This document shows, piece after piece, positions 44,971 through 54,600 of a stretch of DNA of 64,000 nt. The notes beneath the pieces were generated by a model, which was not told the DNA's origin, made no database searches, and worked only from the letters and a program-made list of their open reading frames with translations. How positions within the stretch are numbered: the first letter of the stretch is position 1; the number at the start of each line of letters is the position of its first letter. The DNA is from a virus. Its lineage: Duplodnaviria; Caudoviricetes. Where the stretch lies: positions 1,339 through 65,338 of the IMG/VR virus record IMGVR_UViG_3300006092_000329; one strand, 5' to 3'. The position numbers and the translations under genes were made by a program.

Positions 44971-45449
44971 ACGCAGCACGAGCAGCCTTGCTTGAGAACG
45001 GCCTCACCGCCGTCGCCAAGAAGGTGTATGCGTGCGTCCCAATCAGCGAGCCGTGGGACAGCGCGATGATTCACGCGGAGTTGACGCGCACCACGTCGCA
45101 TCGAGACTTCCGCGTCACCGAGGGGTGCCTGTATTCGCTGATCGAGACCGGCCTTGTTCGCCGCGTCGGAGAGAAGCCGTATGGGTACATCCGCGCATTC
45201 AAGCCATCAGCCACCAAAACGAAAGCCGAGGTTATCCACATGGTCCAGTCCGTCAAAGCGCCGGAGCCTTCCAAAAAGGACTCGCTCGCCGAACTCGCTG
45301 AAGTCCCGCAAAGCCTTCGCACCATGAGCAAGTTGCTCGCCGAACTCGCCGACGACATCGAGGTCTTGACGGGGGAACTGTCCGAGAAGCTGAAGGTCGT
45401 GGACAAGAGCGCGCAGACCATCGAGGCGCTCAAGGCGTTGCTGAAGTGA
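44967..45449 (+). CDS. Winged-helix plus coiled-coil protein
   Basis: 160 aa; GCLYSLIETGLVRRV wing pattern; GGAGG RBS. Confidence 0.6.
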   Translation: MNAARAALLENGLTAVAKKVYACVPISEPWDSAMIHAELTRTTSHRDFRVTEGCLYSLIETGLVRRVGEKPYGYIRAFKPSATKTKAEVIHMVQSVKAPEPSKKDSLAELAEVPQSLRTMSKLLAELADDIEVLTGELSEKLKVVDKSAQTIEALKALLK

Positions 45450-45586
45450 GCGCCATCGTCCAGTGGTTCGAGACCGTCTGCTACTTCTGGTGCGTGCTGT
45501 TCGTTCAGGAGTACCAGACGGACCCGCTCTACATGGAGATGATGCGGACGGACCAGTTCGTTGATCGGAAGTACAAACACGGATAG
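45446..45586 (+). CDS. Small hypothetical protein (not in ORF track)
   Basis: 46 aa, GTGA overlap, fills the gap before thyX. Confidence 0.35.
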   Translation: MSAIVQWFETVCYFWCVLFVQEYQTDPLYMEMMRTDQFVDRKYKHG

Positions 45587-45597
45587 AAAGGAAGGCT

Positions 45598-46317
45598 ATG
45601 TCAATCAAGGTGTTGGACCACGGGTACGTCAGGCTCGTGGAGTATTGGGGCATGGGTGACTCCGATGAGCCGGAAGCGGCGATCATCGAAGCCGCCCGCA
45701 TGTCCACCGGCAAGGGGTTCAACGGGTGGGACAGCGATGCGAAGCTGCTCGCCTACCTGTACGAGCACAAGCACATGACCCCGTTCGAGATGTGCGGCAT
45801 GGTGATCGAGGTCAAGGCTCCGATCTTCGTGTTCCGCGAGTGGCACCGCCACCGCACGCAGTCGTACAACGAGATGTCGGCTCGCTACATCCCGATCCCG
45901 GACGAGCACTACGAGCCGGACTTCAAGCTGTTGATGGCCCGCGCCTCGGCGGCGGTCAAGTCCACCAATCGCCAAGCCCAATCCGTCCCGCTGACCGGGA
46001 TCGATGAGCACAACATCGGGCTTTGGCTGCGCTGTCTGGAGCGCCACTACAAGGAGTCGCAGAACTTGTACCAGATGGGCCTCGAAGTCGGCGTCCCGAA
46101 GGAACTCGCTCGCCTCCCCATGGCGGTCGGTCGCTACTCGGCAATGCGGGCGTCCGCCAACCTGCGCAACTGGCTCCAATTCCTCACGCTGCGCATGGCG
46201 AACAACGCGCAGTGGGAGATCAGGCAGTACGCCAAGGCGGTCGGCCAGATCATCGCGGAGACGTTCCCCCGCACGTGGTCGCTGTTCGCCAAGGAGATCG
46301 CAAATGGCGGCGAATGA
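45598..46317 (+). CDS. thyX: Flavin-dependent thymidylate synthase
   Basis: HMTPFE, REWHRHRTQSYNEMSARY (RHR-x7-S), NLRNWLQFLTLR, AQWEIR. Confidence 0.95.
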   Translation: MSIKVLDHGYVRLVEYWGMGDSDEPEAAIIEAARMSTGKGFNGWDSDAKLLAYLYEHKHMTPFEMCGMVIEVKAPIFVFREWHRHRTQSYNEMSARYIPIPDEHYEPDFKLLMARASAAVKSTNRQAQSVPLTGIDEHNIGLWLRCLERHYKESQNLYQMGLEVGVPKELARLPMAVGRYSAMRASANLRNWLQFLTLRMANNAQWEIRQYAKAVGQIIAETFPRTWSLFAKEIANGGE

Positions 46318-46723
46318 TCGTCAGGTGGACGGCGACCACTACAAGCGCCTCGGGAAGTTCCAGCCGTGGGACGTGCTGGCCGCATGGCTCACGCCGGAGG
46401 AGTATCGCGGCTGGCAGAAGGGCGTCGCCATCGTGTACCTCGCACGCGAGCGCCAGAAGGCGGGGAACACGGACATCGAGAAGGCGGGCCACCACATCGA
46501 GAAGTTGGTGGAGTGGCTCAAGGATGCTCCGCCTATCGCCCCTCCGCCATCGACGCCGCCCGCCCCCGGCGAGCCATCACTGGACACGCGGCTGCTGTAC
46601 ACGTACCGCACCCTCGCCAATCGGATCGCTGGCTATCTCGAAGGCAGGGTCATGAAGAACCAAGTCGAGGCGTGCCTTCAGGCGTGCGACGAGTTGGAGA
46701 AGTCCATCAACCAAGGAGAGTGA
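46304..46723 (+). CDS. DUF3310 family protein (T7 gp1.7-like)
   Basis: QVDGDHY...KG-x3-YLAR...K...DIEKA-x2-H. Confidence 0.75.
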   Translation: MAANDRQVDGDHYKRLGKFQPWDVLAAWLTPEEYRGWQKGVAIVYLARERQKAGNTDIEKAGHHIEKLVEWLKDAPPIAPPPSTPPAPGEPSLDTRLLYTYRTLANRIAGYLEGRVMKNQVEACLQACDELEKSINQGE

Positions 46724-46726
46724 CTC

Positions 46727-47170
46727 ATGGAATTCAGCACGGTATACAAGGGCATCACCATCGTTGGAAACGATACCGGGACATTCTCCGCAACCATCAA
46801 GGGGGTCAAGGTCACAAAGGCTTCCGTCCAGTCGATCAAGAACGCCATCGACAAGTCCGACGCCTTCCCGGTGTTCGAGGGCTTCGTCAACGGGGATTGG
46901 GGGACCGACAAACCCAGAAAGGTGAAGATCGTCGGCCACTACCTGAAGCGCAAGAAGTGGGGTAGCGACGAGGAATACTGGATCATGGAGAACAGCGGCA
47001 AGCCGCGCACTGTCTACACGCTCGACTCCGAGAAGGCGCTGCTCGAACTCAGGGAGGCGAAGCAACAGTACGCCAAGGAGATCGATGCGCTGAAGAAGAA
47101 GCATGCCGACGCCTTGGCGAAAATCCAGAACCGCATCAAGTTCATCCCGTTCCCGAGGGACAAGAAGTAG
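46727..47170 (+). CDS. Hypothetical protein
   Basis: 147 aa Lys-rich, AAGGAG RBS. Confidence 0.7.
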   Translation: MEFSTVYKGITIVGNDTGTFSATIKGVKVTKASVQSIKNAIDKSDAFPVFEGFVNGDWGTDKPRKVKIVGHYLKRKKWGSDEEYWIMENSGKPRTVYTLDSEKALLELREAKQQYAKEIDALKKKHADALAKIQNRIKFIPFPRDKK

Positions 47171-47315
47171 CGCACGAGGAGCGCGGCCTGAGCCGTGGCA
47201 GGCATAGCCCACGGACGGTAGCCACACCGAGCGTCGCCGGATTGCAAGGCGGCAGCGTGAACAGGCAGTAGGCTTGACCGGGGCTTCCCTGTGACATACG
47301 GGCAGGAAGGAACGG

Positions 47316-47404
47316 CAGGGTGAATGCGAGAGGCGATGCCACGCAGTACGTCTCAAAGCAAGCTGGCGGGCCAATGGCCCCGTGGTTCGACTCCACCACC
47401 CGAC
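47316..47404 (+). ncRNA. Degenerate class II tRNA-like element
   Basis: GGGTG/CACCC partial acceptor, TGCG/CGCA D-stem, GGGCC-AAT-GGCCC variable arm, GTGG-TTCGACT-CCAC T-arm; anticodon stem unpaired, no CCA. Confidence 0.3.
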
Positions 47405-47433
47405 TATACCCAACCACTTGAAGGAGTAACTCC

Positions 47434-47652
47434 ATGGCATTCCAGATGCAACCCGTGAAGTCCAGCCAGATCGAATCGGTCGGCTACGACGCCGCTGCCA
47501 AGAAGATGGCGATCGTGTTCAAGCGCGGCGGTGCGCTCTACCACTACGACGGCGTTCCGCAGGAGGTCTTCGATGGCCTGATGAGCGCCGAGTCGAAAGG
47601 CTCCCACTTCGGCAAGCACATCCGCCACCAGTTCAAGGGTGTCAAGCAGTAG
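47434..47652 (+). CDS. KTSC domain protein
   Basis: PVKSSQIESVGYD...IVFKRGG-x-YHYDGVP...L-x2-AESKGSHF-x2-HIR. Confidence 0.92.
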   Translation: MAFQMQPVKSSQIESVGYDAAAKKMAIVFKRGGALYHYDGVPQEVFDGLMSAESKGSHFGKHIRHQFKGVKQ

Positions 47653-47654
47653 CC

Positions 47655-48077
47655 GTGGAAGACGCCTGCTATTGCGACTTCGAGCCTTGGGATGCTGGTG
47701 ACACCACCAGCCGCAAGGCTCGCCTCACGCACAGGTGCAACGAGTGCGGAGGCACCATCTTGCCGGGGGAGGTCTACGAGTACACGTGGTCGGTGTACGA
47801 CGGTGACTTCAACACGCACAAGATGTGCCCGCGCTGCGTTGCCCTGCGCAATTGGGTTCAGGCCCACGTCCCGTGCTTCTGCTGGTACTTCGAGTACATG
47901 CTGGAGAACGCCACCGAGACCGTGCGCGAGTACGCATGGCAGGTTCCCGGCATGGGGATGGAGTTCGGCAGGATGCTGGTAGCAATCAAACGCCACAAGG
48001 AGAAACACCCATGGATTCCAAGAACATCATCGATCTCGAAGCCGAGAACCCCATCCTCGCCGCTCAAAACGTCCTGA
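47655..48077 (+). CDS. Cys-rich Zn-binding hypothetical protein
   Basis: CYCD, HRCNEC, HKMCPRC. Confidence 0.65.
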   Translation: MEDACYCDFEPWDAGDTTSRKARLTHRCNECGGTILPGEVYEYTWSVYDGDFNTHKMCPRCVALRNWVQAHVPCFCWYFEYMLENATETVREYAWQVPGMGMEFGRMLVAIKRHKEKHPWIPRTSSISKPRTPSSPLKTS

Positions 48078-48640
48078 GCGACACGAGCGTCCTGTACTCC
48101 CCGGACGCACTCCGCGACATCATCAAGCGCCTGCTCGACCACATCGAGATCGACTGCGGCAACGCGATCACGAAGGTGGCGGAGCAACTCGCAAGGCACT
48201 CCGAGGTAATGGACGCCATCGCCCCGCTGATCGGCGACGATGCCTACGTCAAGCGCGATGGCGAGGTCACTGACATTGTGGCTCTGGACAAGGTTTTCGC
48301 CGGGGTGACGAACATCTGGGCGGAGAACAGCAACCTGCGCATGGGGCTGAAGTTCTACGCCGACCGGCAACACATGGACGGGTTCGATAGCACGGCCCTC
48401 GGCTTCCACAGCGCGGAGGGCATGCCTGAAAACTGGATGGCCCCAACCTTCGATGTGGTCCGCCTTCACCCGACATCAGCGCATCAGGAGGTCATCGACG
48501 CATCAAGCAACCTTCTCATCGAGAACGGCGGCATCGCTCGCGGCGTCCTCGAAGGGTCGATCATCATCAACAACGGGGACGGCGTTCTTGTCGGAGACTC
48601 GAACGCCGCCCTTATTGCGCCGAGGCAGGTTCCGGGCTGA
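48011..48640 (+). CDS. Hypothetical protein
   Basis: 209 aa from ATG 48011 (AAGGAG RBS); converges on giant gene. Confidence 0.6.
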   Translation: MDSKNIIDLEAENPILAAQNVLSDTSVLYSPDALRDIIKRLLDHIEIDCGNAITKVAEQLARHSEVMDAIAPLIGDDAYVKRDGEVTDIVALDKVFAGVTNIWAENSNLRMGLKFYADRQHMDGFDSTALGFHSAEGMPENWMAPTFDVVRLHPTSAHQEVIDASSNLLIENGGIARGVLEGSIIINNGDGVLVGDSNAALIAPRQVPG

Positions 48641-51600
48641 CGGCTTTCTGGAACTCCCCCGAGATACGTTCCTGCTTGCGCTCGATGTTCTTCATCATCG
48701 CCTCGAACTTCTCGGAGGAGATTCCCTTGCGATCCAGCATCCGCTTCAGCGAAGCCTTCTGCTCGTTGAGTTCTCGCGCCTGCTTGTCGTGCTCGTACTT
48801 GAGGCGCTGCTCCGCCGCGTCCGCAGGCTGCGACGTTTCCTTCACGCCCACGGAACCGAGAATCGCCTGACGGAGATTGCGCTCGCGCCCAAAGGCGTCG
48901 GTCTCGCCGCTACCAGCCGACTGAATCGACTTCCACGAGTAGGTCTGGAAAAGACCGATCTGGTCGAAGGCGGAGTCAGCCCACCACCCCACCGGATTCG
49001 GGACAGGGAGGTTCGGAGCAAGGAACTTGAACAGGTGATCGAAGACCTTGACAGCCTTCTCGGAATCGGTGTCGGTTTCAAGGGTGATCGGCTTTCCGGT
49101 GAACGATGACTTGTTGAGGAAGAACTCGGCGAAGTAGGAGACCGGCCCGCCGATACTGAGCCACTGCGGGATCGGCAATGAGGAGTGACTCCCCATGAGG
49201 TCCATGATGTCGCCGCCCGGAATCCAGCGGCGCACGTCGAGGAACACGGGGCTGTTGTGCTCGTCGTTCCACGGCATGCGGATCATGCGTGGGAACACGC
49301 CGAGCGCCCTGCCAGACTTCTCCTTCGCCATCATGCGGCGCTCCTGATCCTCGTCAGCGCCAGCGCCGAGCATGGCGTAGGCGATGGCGTTGAGCAGATG
49401 GCCGACCGCCGCGTACTTGAGAACCTTGTGCGGCTGGTGGACGACTGCGCTTGCGATGATCGGGATGGCCCGGTAGCTGAAGGCGACGAACGGCAGCGGC
49501 CCGCGACGGATCATCTGAATCCACGGGGCATTGATGTTGTAGTCGAGGAACGCGGCACGCGCCAGCTTGCCAGCATCCTTGTCGGTCTTCCCGGCGTTCG
49601 TCTCCATGATGAACTTGGCGAGACGGAACACCGCATCCTCGTTGCGATACAGGTCGATCATGGCCCTGAACGGCACGCCAAGTGCGCGTACCGGAGCCTT
49701 GCTGCCGAGCACGGCCTTGGCCTCGGAGAACTTCCCGTGAGCCGCCAGCGAGATGCCTTGGAACAGGGAGAGTTGCGCGAGCGTCGAGTTCTGCTGGCCT
49801 TGGAGTTCCTTCAGCAACGGCTCGATGACCTCCTGACGAAGCTCGATCTGAGCCATGGAGCCAAGCTCCGACCCGGAGTCGTAGAACCGCTCCATCAGCA
49901 CCTTGGCGTTCGCGTTGCCAGCCTTGGCGTCGAAGATCACGCGGAGCGCACGGCGCACGTCATCAACCCCAAGCCCCGCCAGATCGGCGAGGATGAAGTT
50001 CGACATGACGTTGTTCGTGTGGACCGCAGGCGACAGTGCCGTCTTGCTGATCTTCCACATCTTGAGCAGGGAGTCGTACAGCTTCCAGACCTCGGAGTTC
50101 GACTCCAGATTCATGACGGTGCGGATGTCGTTCCAGATGTGGCCGGGGATGTGATACCCGGCAGCGCCGCCGTACTTCTTGATCCCGGTCCCCTTGATCT
50201 CGGTCATCGGGACTTGGACCCATTCGTTCAGGGCGTAGGTCTCCATCGTGATCTTGGAGTCGCTCGCGTCTTTGATCACCCCTCCCATGGCAAGCACGTC
50301 CGTGCCGCTCTTGCCATAAGTCGAGCCGACCCAATCGAGGAATCGGGCCGTCTCGATGTCACGCACGGTGGCGATCATGGTCCGCGCAAATGCGTAGCGG
50401 ACCTCATCGATCTCGCCAAGCCTGCCGCGCTCCTGTGCGGTCAGGTCGCGCCACATCCCCATCTCGCCATGCTTTTGCATGCGGTCATCGAAGCGGTACT
50501 CCCACACACCATCCGTGGTCCAGCCAGCGTACTTCGCCGGGGCGGGCTGGCCCTGCTTCACGTAGGCGAAGTTTTGCAACACGCCAGCCGCGTTGCGCTT
50601 CTCCAGCCGCACGAACTTGTCCCCCTTCTGGGCGTTCGGATACCCGGCAGCGGCCACGTTGTCGCGCAGGCCGCGCAGCTTGTACGCATCCGCCCGGATC
50701 GCCTTGGCCTGAGTGGCTCGGGCCACAGCATCCGGATTGTCGAGTTCGTGCTTCTGGTAGGTCCGGTGGAGGTACGCCATTTTGTTCCGGGCGTAGCTCT
50801 CCGGGGACAGCAGGCCAAGGCGCACAGCCTCCTGACCAAGACGGTCGATCTCTAGCTTCATGTCGTTCAGCGCCGCCACGGAGTCAGGATCGAGCAGCGC
50901 CATGAGCGCCTGCTCCTCGATGGAGTTCGGCTTCTCTTGCATCCACAGGTACGCCACACGGGCCTCAGCCCTGTCTAGGCTGGCAATGCGGTCGATCAGA
51001 GCCTTCGACTTGCGGAGCGTCTTGTTGATCTCGATCTCGCGGTCGTTGCGAGCATCGATGTACGGCTCCGGCAGGCCATAGTCGGACGACAGGCCGTGCG
51101 CGATGCGCTGGCGGCGAGGGCCAGCAGCCATGAAGTTCGACCCCCATTGCACCAGACGATCAGATACCGGGGCCAGCGTGCGATCACCGATGATCTTGAA
51201 CGGGTAGAGGATCGTGTTCGCCGCCTTGTTGGTGAACTGCATCGCCTTCGTTACCGGGGCCGGTACGGCGGCTGCGGCAGAGACCGTGCCATAGAGTCGC
51301 TCTTTCAACGAGCGTGACGGGCGAGCATTAGCGGTCGCCATGACCATCCCCGGACGGTCGCTCTCCACCGACATCGTGATGTCGTCGTCCTGCCTGCTCC
51401 ACGCGCCGCTATTGTGGGTAGCCGACTTCATCTGATTCTTGGAGTAAACGGCGACGTTCTTCGCGCCCTCCTTGGTGTGGAACGAGTCGAACCCCATCGA
51501 GCGGATCGCCTTCTGGACCCCTACCCCCTCGATGGTGGTCCAAGACCCCGCAGACACGGCGTTGATCAGGCCGGAGATGTCGGTCTTGATGTTCTTGGAG

Positions 51601-54600
51601 GCGTTGTACTCTGTGATCTTTGCCCTGAGCATCTCCAGATGCTCCTTGTTCTCGAAGTCGAACGGGTTCTCGGCCCTGATGAATACCGGGTAGAGATTGT
51701 TCTTCTTCGGGATTGGGACATGGTTGGAAGAAAAGTCCGGCAACGACTTGATGTCGAACCCGTTTGCGCTCTTTCCTCCGAAACCCGCCGCAACCCCCGG
51801 AGACGGGCTGGAAAAGATCACGACATCTCCGGGCTTCGTGATCCCGTACCCGCCAGAGTGAAACACCTTGACGTTTGCAGAGTCACCCCGGAAATAGACC
51901 ATCGGCAAGCCCTTGAGGTATCCGCTCTTGTAGCGCAGCACGGAGTTGCCGAACCACTCCTTGAACTCCTTGGTGCTCGTGACCGCAGTGAGCCACTGCT
52001 TCACCTTCTTCATCTCTGCGGATGCGTCATCGCCAAGAGCGAGCACGCCAGCGGACGGCTGGAAGCCAAGGAGGTCGGCCTCTCCATACAACCCCTTCGG
52101 GTTCTGGAGACCCCACGCCTTGAGGATGGACGTGACGGAGGTCTGTTTGTACTGCGAAAGGAACATCACCGCTTCTTGCACGATGGGCGCGAGCGAATTG
52201 AAGTCGTGCATATTCGCCAGCTTTGCCCCCGTTTTCTTCGGGGCCACAGGCTCAGTGCTTGCAACGACGTTGAGGTACTCCGGATTCTGGTCAAGGAATT
52301 GCTCCACAGAATCCTGATCAACGACAGGCCCGGTCGATCCGAGAGTCGAGTCGGTATGCGTCGAGAGGTACACGGACTTCGCCACGTCAGCGGCCATGCC
52401 GACCGACGCCTCATCCGTCGCGTACAGCTTGCCCCCGATGGACGCGGAATAGTACGTCGCCTCGCCGATCTGCTGCGGTTCGATCTTCATGCCGGACGGC
52501 TTGTGGAAAAGGAACTGCTTGTTCGGCATTCCACCCGGCTGCTTCTGCTTCATGTGCTGGTACGTCCAGCCGCCAAACTGAAACCCGCCCACCAGAACTG
52601 CTGGAGCGAGCTTCTTCCCTGCCTTCGACGTGGAGCCGGGGATGAGGTAGGTCTCATCGAGTTGCTTCGCCGCCTTGATGAAGCCATCAGCGGACGCAAC
52701 GTCACCGCTCGGCGTGACAACTTGCACGCCGCCAGAGTCCTTCACGATCACGAGGCCGCTGCCGGGTTCGAGCCAGTACGTCAGCTTCTTGCCGCCGACC
52801 GTCTTCTTGAACTTCTCCCACTTGACGCCATTGACCACATCCTCACTGAACTTCTCGCCACCATAGAACTGCTTGGTGCCGCCCATCTTCGTGAGGTCGA
52901 TCTCGTAATTGTTCTTCAGGTCAACGACTTTCCCGTTGTCGTCAGCGTCGTTAGCTGCCTGCGCCTCAGCGGCAGCATCGAGGTCCATGATCTCGTTGTT
53001 GGCGTGGTGCATCGCGGCGGCGCTGTCCTCGTAGACCGCGACCGCCGTCCCATCCTTGTAGAAGACGTATTTGCCGTACTCCTTCATGACCTTCAGGTCA
53101 TGGCCTTTGTACGGCATGCCCCAGAAGTGCTCTGGGGATTGAGATTTGTCAGCAGTCGAATTTTCCGCGTAGGTTTCCCCCGCCTCCTGAGCGGAATCGA
53201 GGTTCCCGAAATTACCCTTGTGAAACCCATCTTCCCACAGCGAGTAACTCGAGCCACTGATGCCAGCACTCTGCGAGATGGTGAACCCGGTCTGCACCCC
53301 ATCCTTGGTGTACGTCCACCCTCCACTGCCGTCCGCCTCCCAAAACGAATCCGGGTGCGGCATCTCGTTGTCTTGGGTTGGCTTGTTCAGCCCCTCGATC
53401 TCCTCGACGGCGGCGGAGAACGACGGCAGCGCATCCGGCGCAGCCTCCCCGGTCGCATCGATCTTCCAGTCGTAGAGTCCCTCCGGCTTGTGATAGATCA
53501 CCGTAGCGAAGTGCGGCCCCACCTTTGCGATCCACTCCTTCTGGTACGAGTCCTCGCCGCCTTTCTCCCATGCGTACTTCTGCATGTCCTCGGCATTGGG
53601 GCCGTTGCTGACGAGATTGTGCTCGTCCTCGAACAACTTCTTCGTGGTATCCGAGGTCTGGCCGTAGGCGTCGATGTACGCCCAGATCGCCGCCATGTAT
53701 GAGCCGACCTTCTCCTTCAGTTTGTCCAGCCCCTTGTACAGAGCGAAGTGCTGCTGACCGTGGCTTTCGCTGACCGGCTGAATCGTGTACTTCTTTCCGC
53801 CGAGGACTTGGCTGAACCCCTTACCTTTCGTCCAAGGCCACTTGATCCCCTTCGCCATCATGGGCGGGTGGAAGTCGTCGTCCATCTTGTAGACGACGCC
53901 CTGCGATGCGCCTTGACCTTGAGCCTCCATCTGGTCGAGAAGGTCGCTGGAATCCGCTCCACGATTGAGTTCGTCCAGCATCCAGCGGGTGATCAGGAAC
54001 TTGCGGATCGTGGTCTCGCCAGCGCCAACAAGGCGGGCATCGCCGCGACCGGCCTCAGCACGAGCGAGCATCTCGTTGCTGACGGTTTTCTTCACGCCAT
54101 TCGCATTCGTGCGAACGATAGAGTCAGTCTTCGGCTCGTAGCTGTACGCCTTCAGTCGATCACCGATGAAGTGATTCACGTTGTCGTAGGACGTGAGGAT
54201 CAGATTGGCGAGGTTCTCCATGTCACGCTCGTAGTTCATCTTGCGCGTGTTCTTGGAGGATAGTGGCTTGACTGGATTCTCGATCCAGCCATTGAGGCGC
54301 TGATCGTTCGTGGTGTTCGGGAACCCCATCATCTTCGTGGTGCCCATGCGAAGCGCAGCGGAGAGCATCAACTCCGTGCGGCGGAACGAGTTGATCGACG
54401 TGAGCATCACCGGGTCTTGAATGATCTTCACGCCGTTGTTCGCCGCCCAATTGAAGACGATCTGGTAGAACTGGCGACCGAGGTTCCCCTCGCCGATCTG
54501 CGTGGTGTTCAGGTACGCAACGGGACGCCCGAGGGTGTCGTTGTTGCCACGGAAGATGATGTCGCCATACACCTTCTTGCCGTCAGCCCCCGGCATCTGG

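Noticed and set aside
15000-46317. Inteins or introns in terL, dnaB, thyX
   Set aside because: Normal lengths, contiguous motifs, no splice signatures
35729-46723. Hypermodified-base (non-canonical DNA) pathway
   Set aside because: No hydroxymethylase, PurZ, Que genes or phage polymerase seen; thyX, MazG and kinase suffice for pool boosting
47316-47404. Functional tRNA-Leu(CAA)
   Set aside because: Anticodon stem does not pair, acceptor has mismatches, no CCA; kept only as tRNA-like
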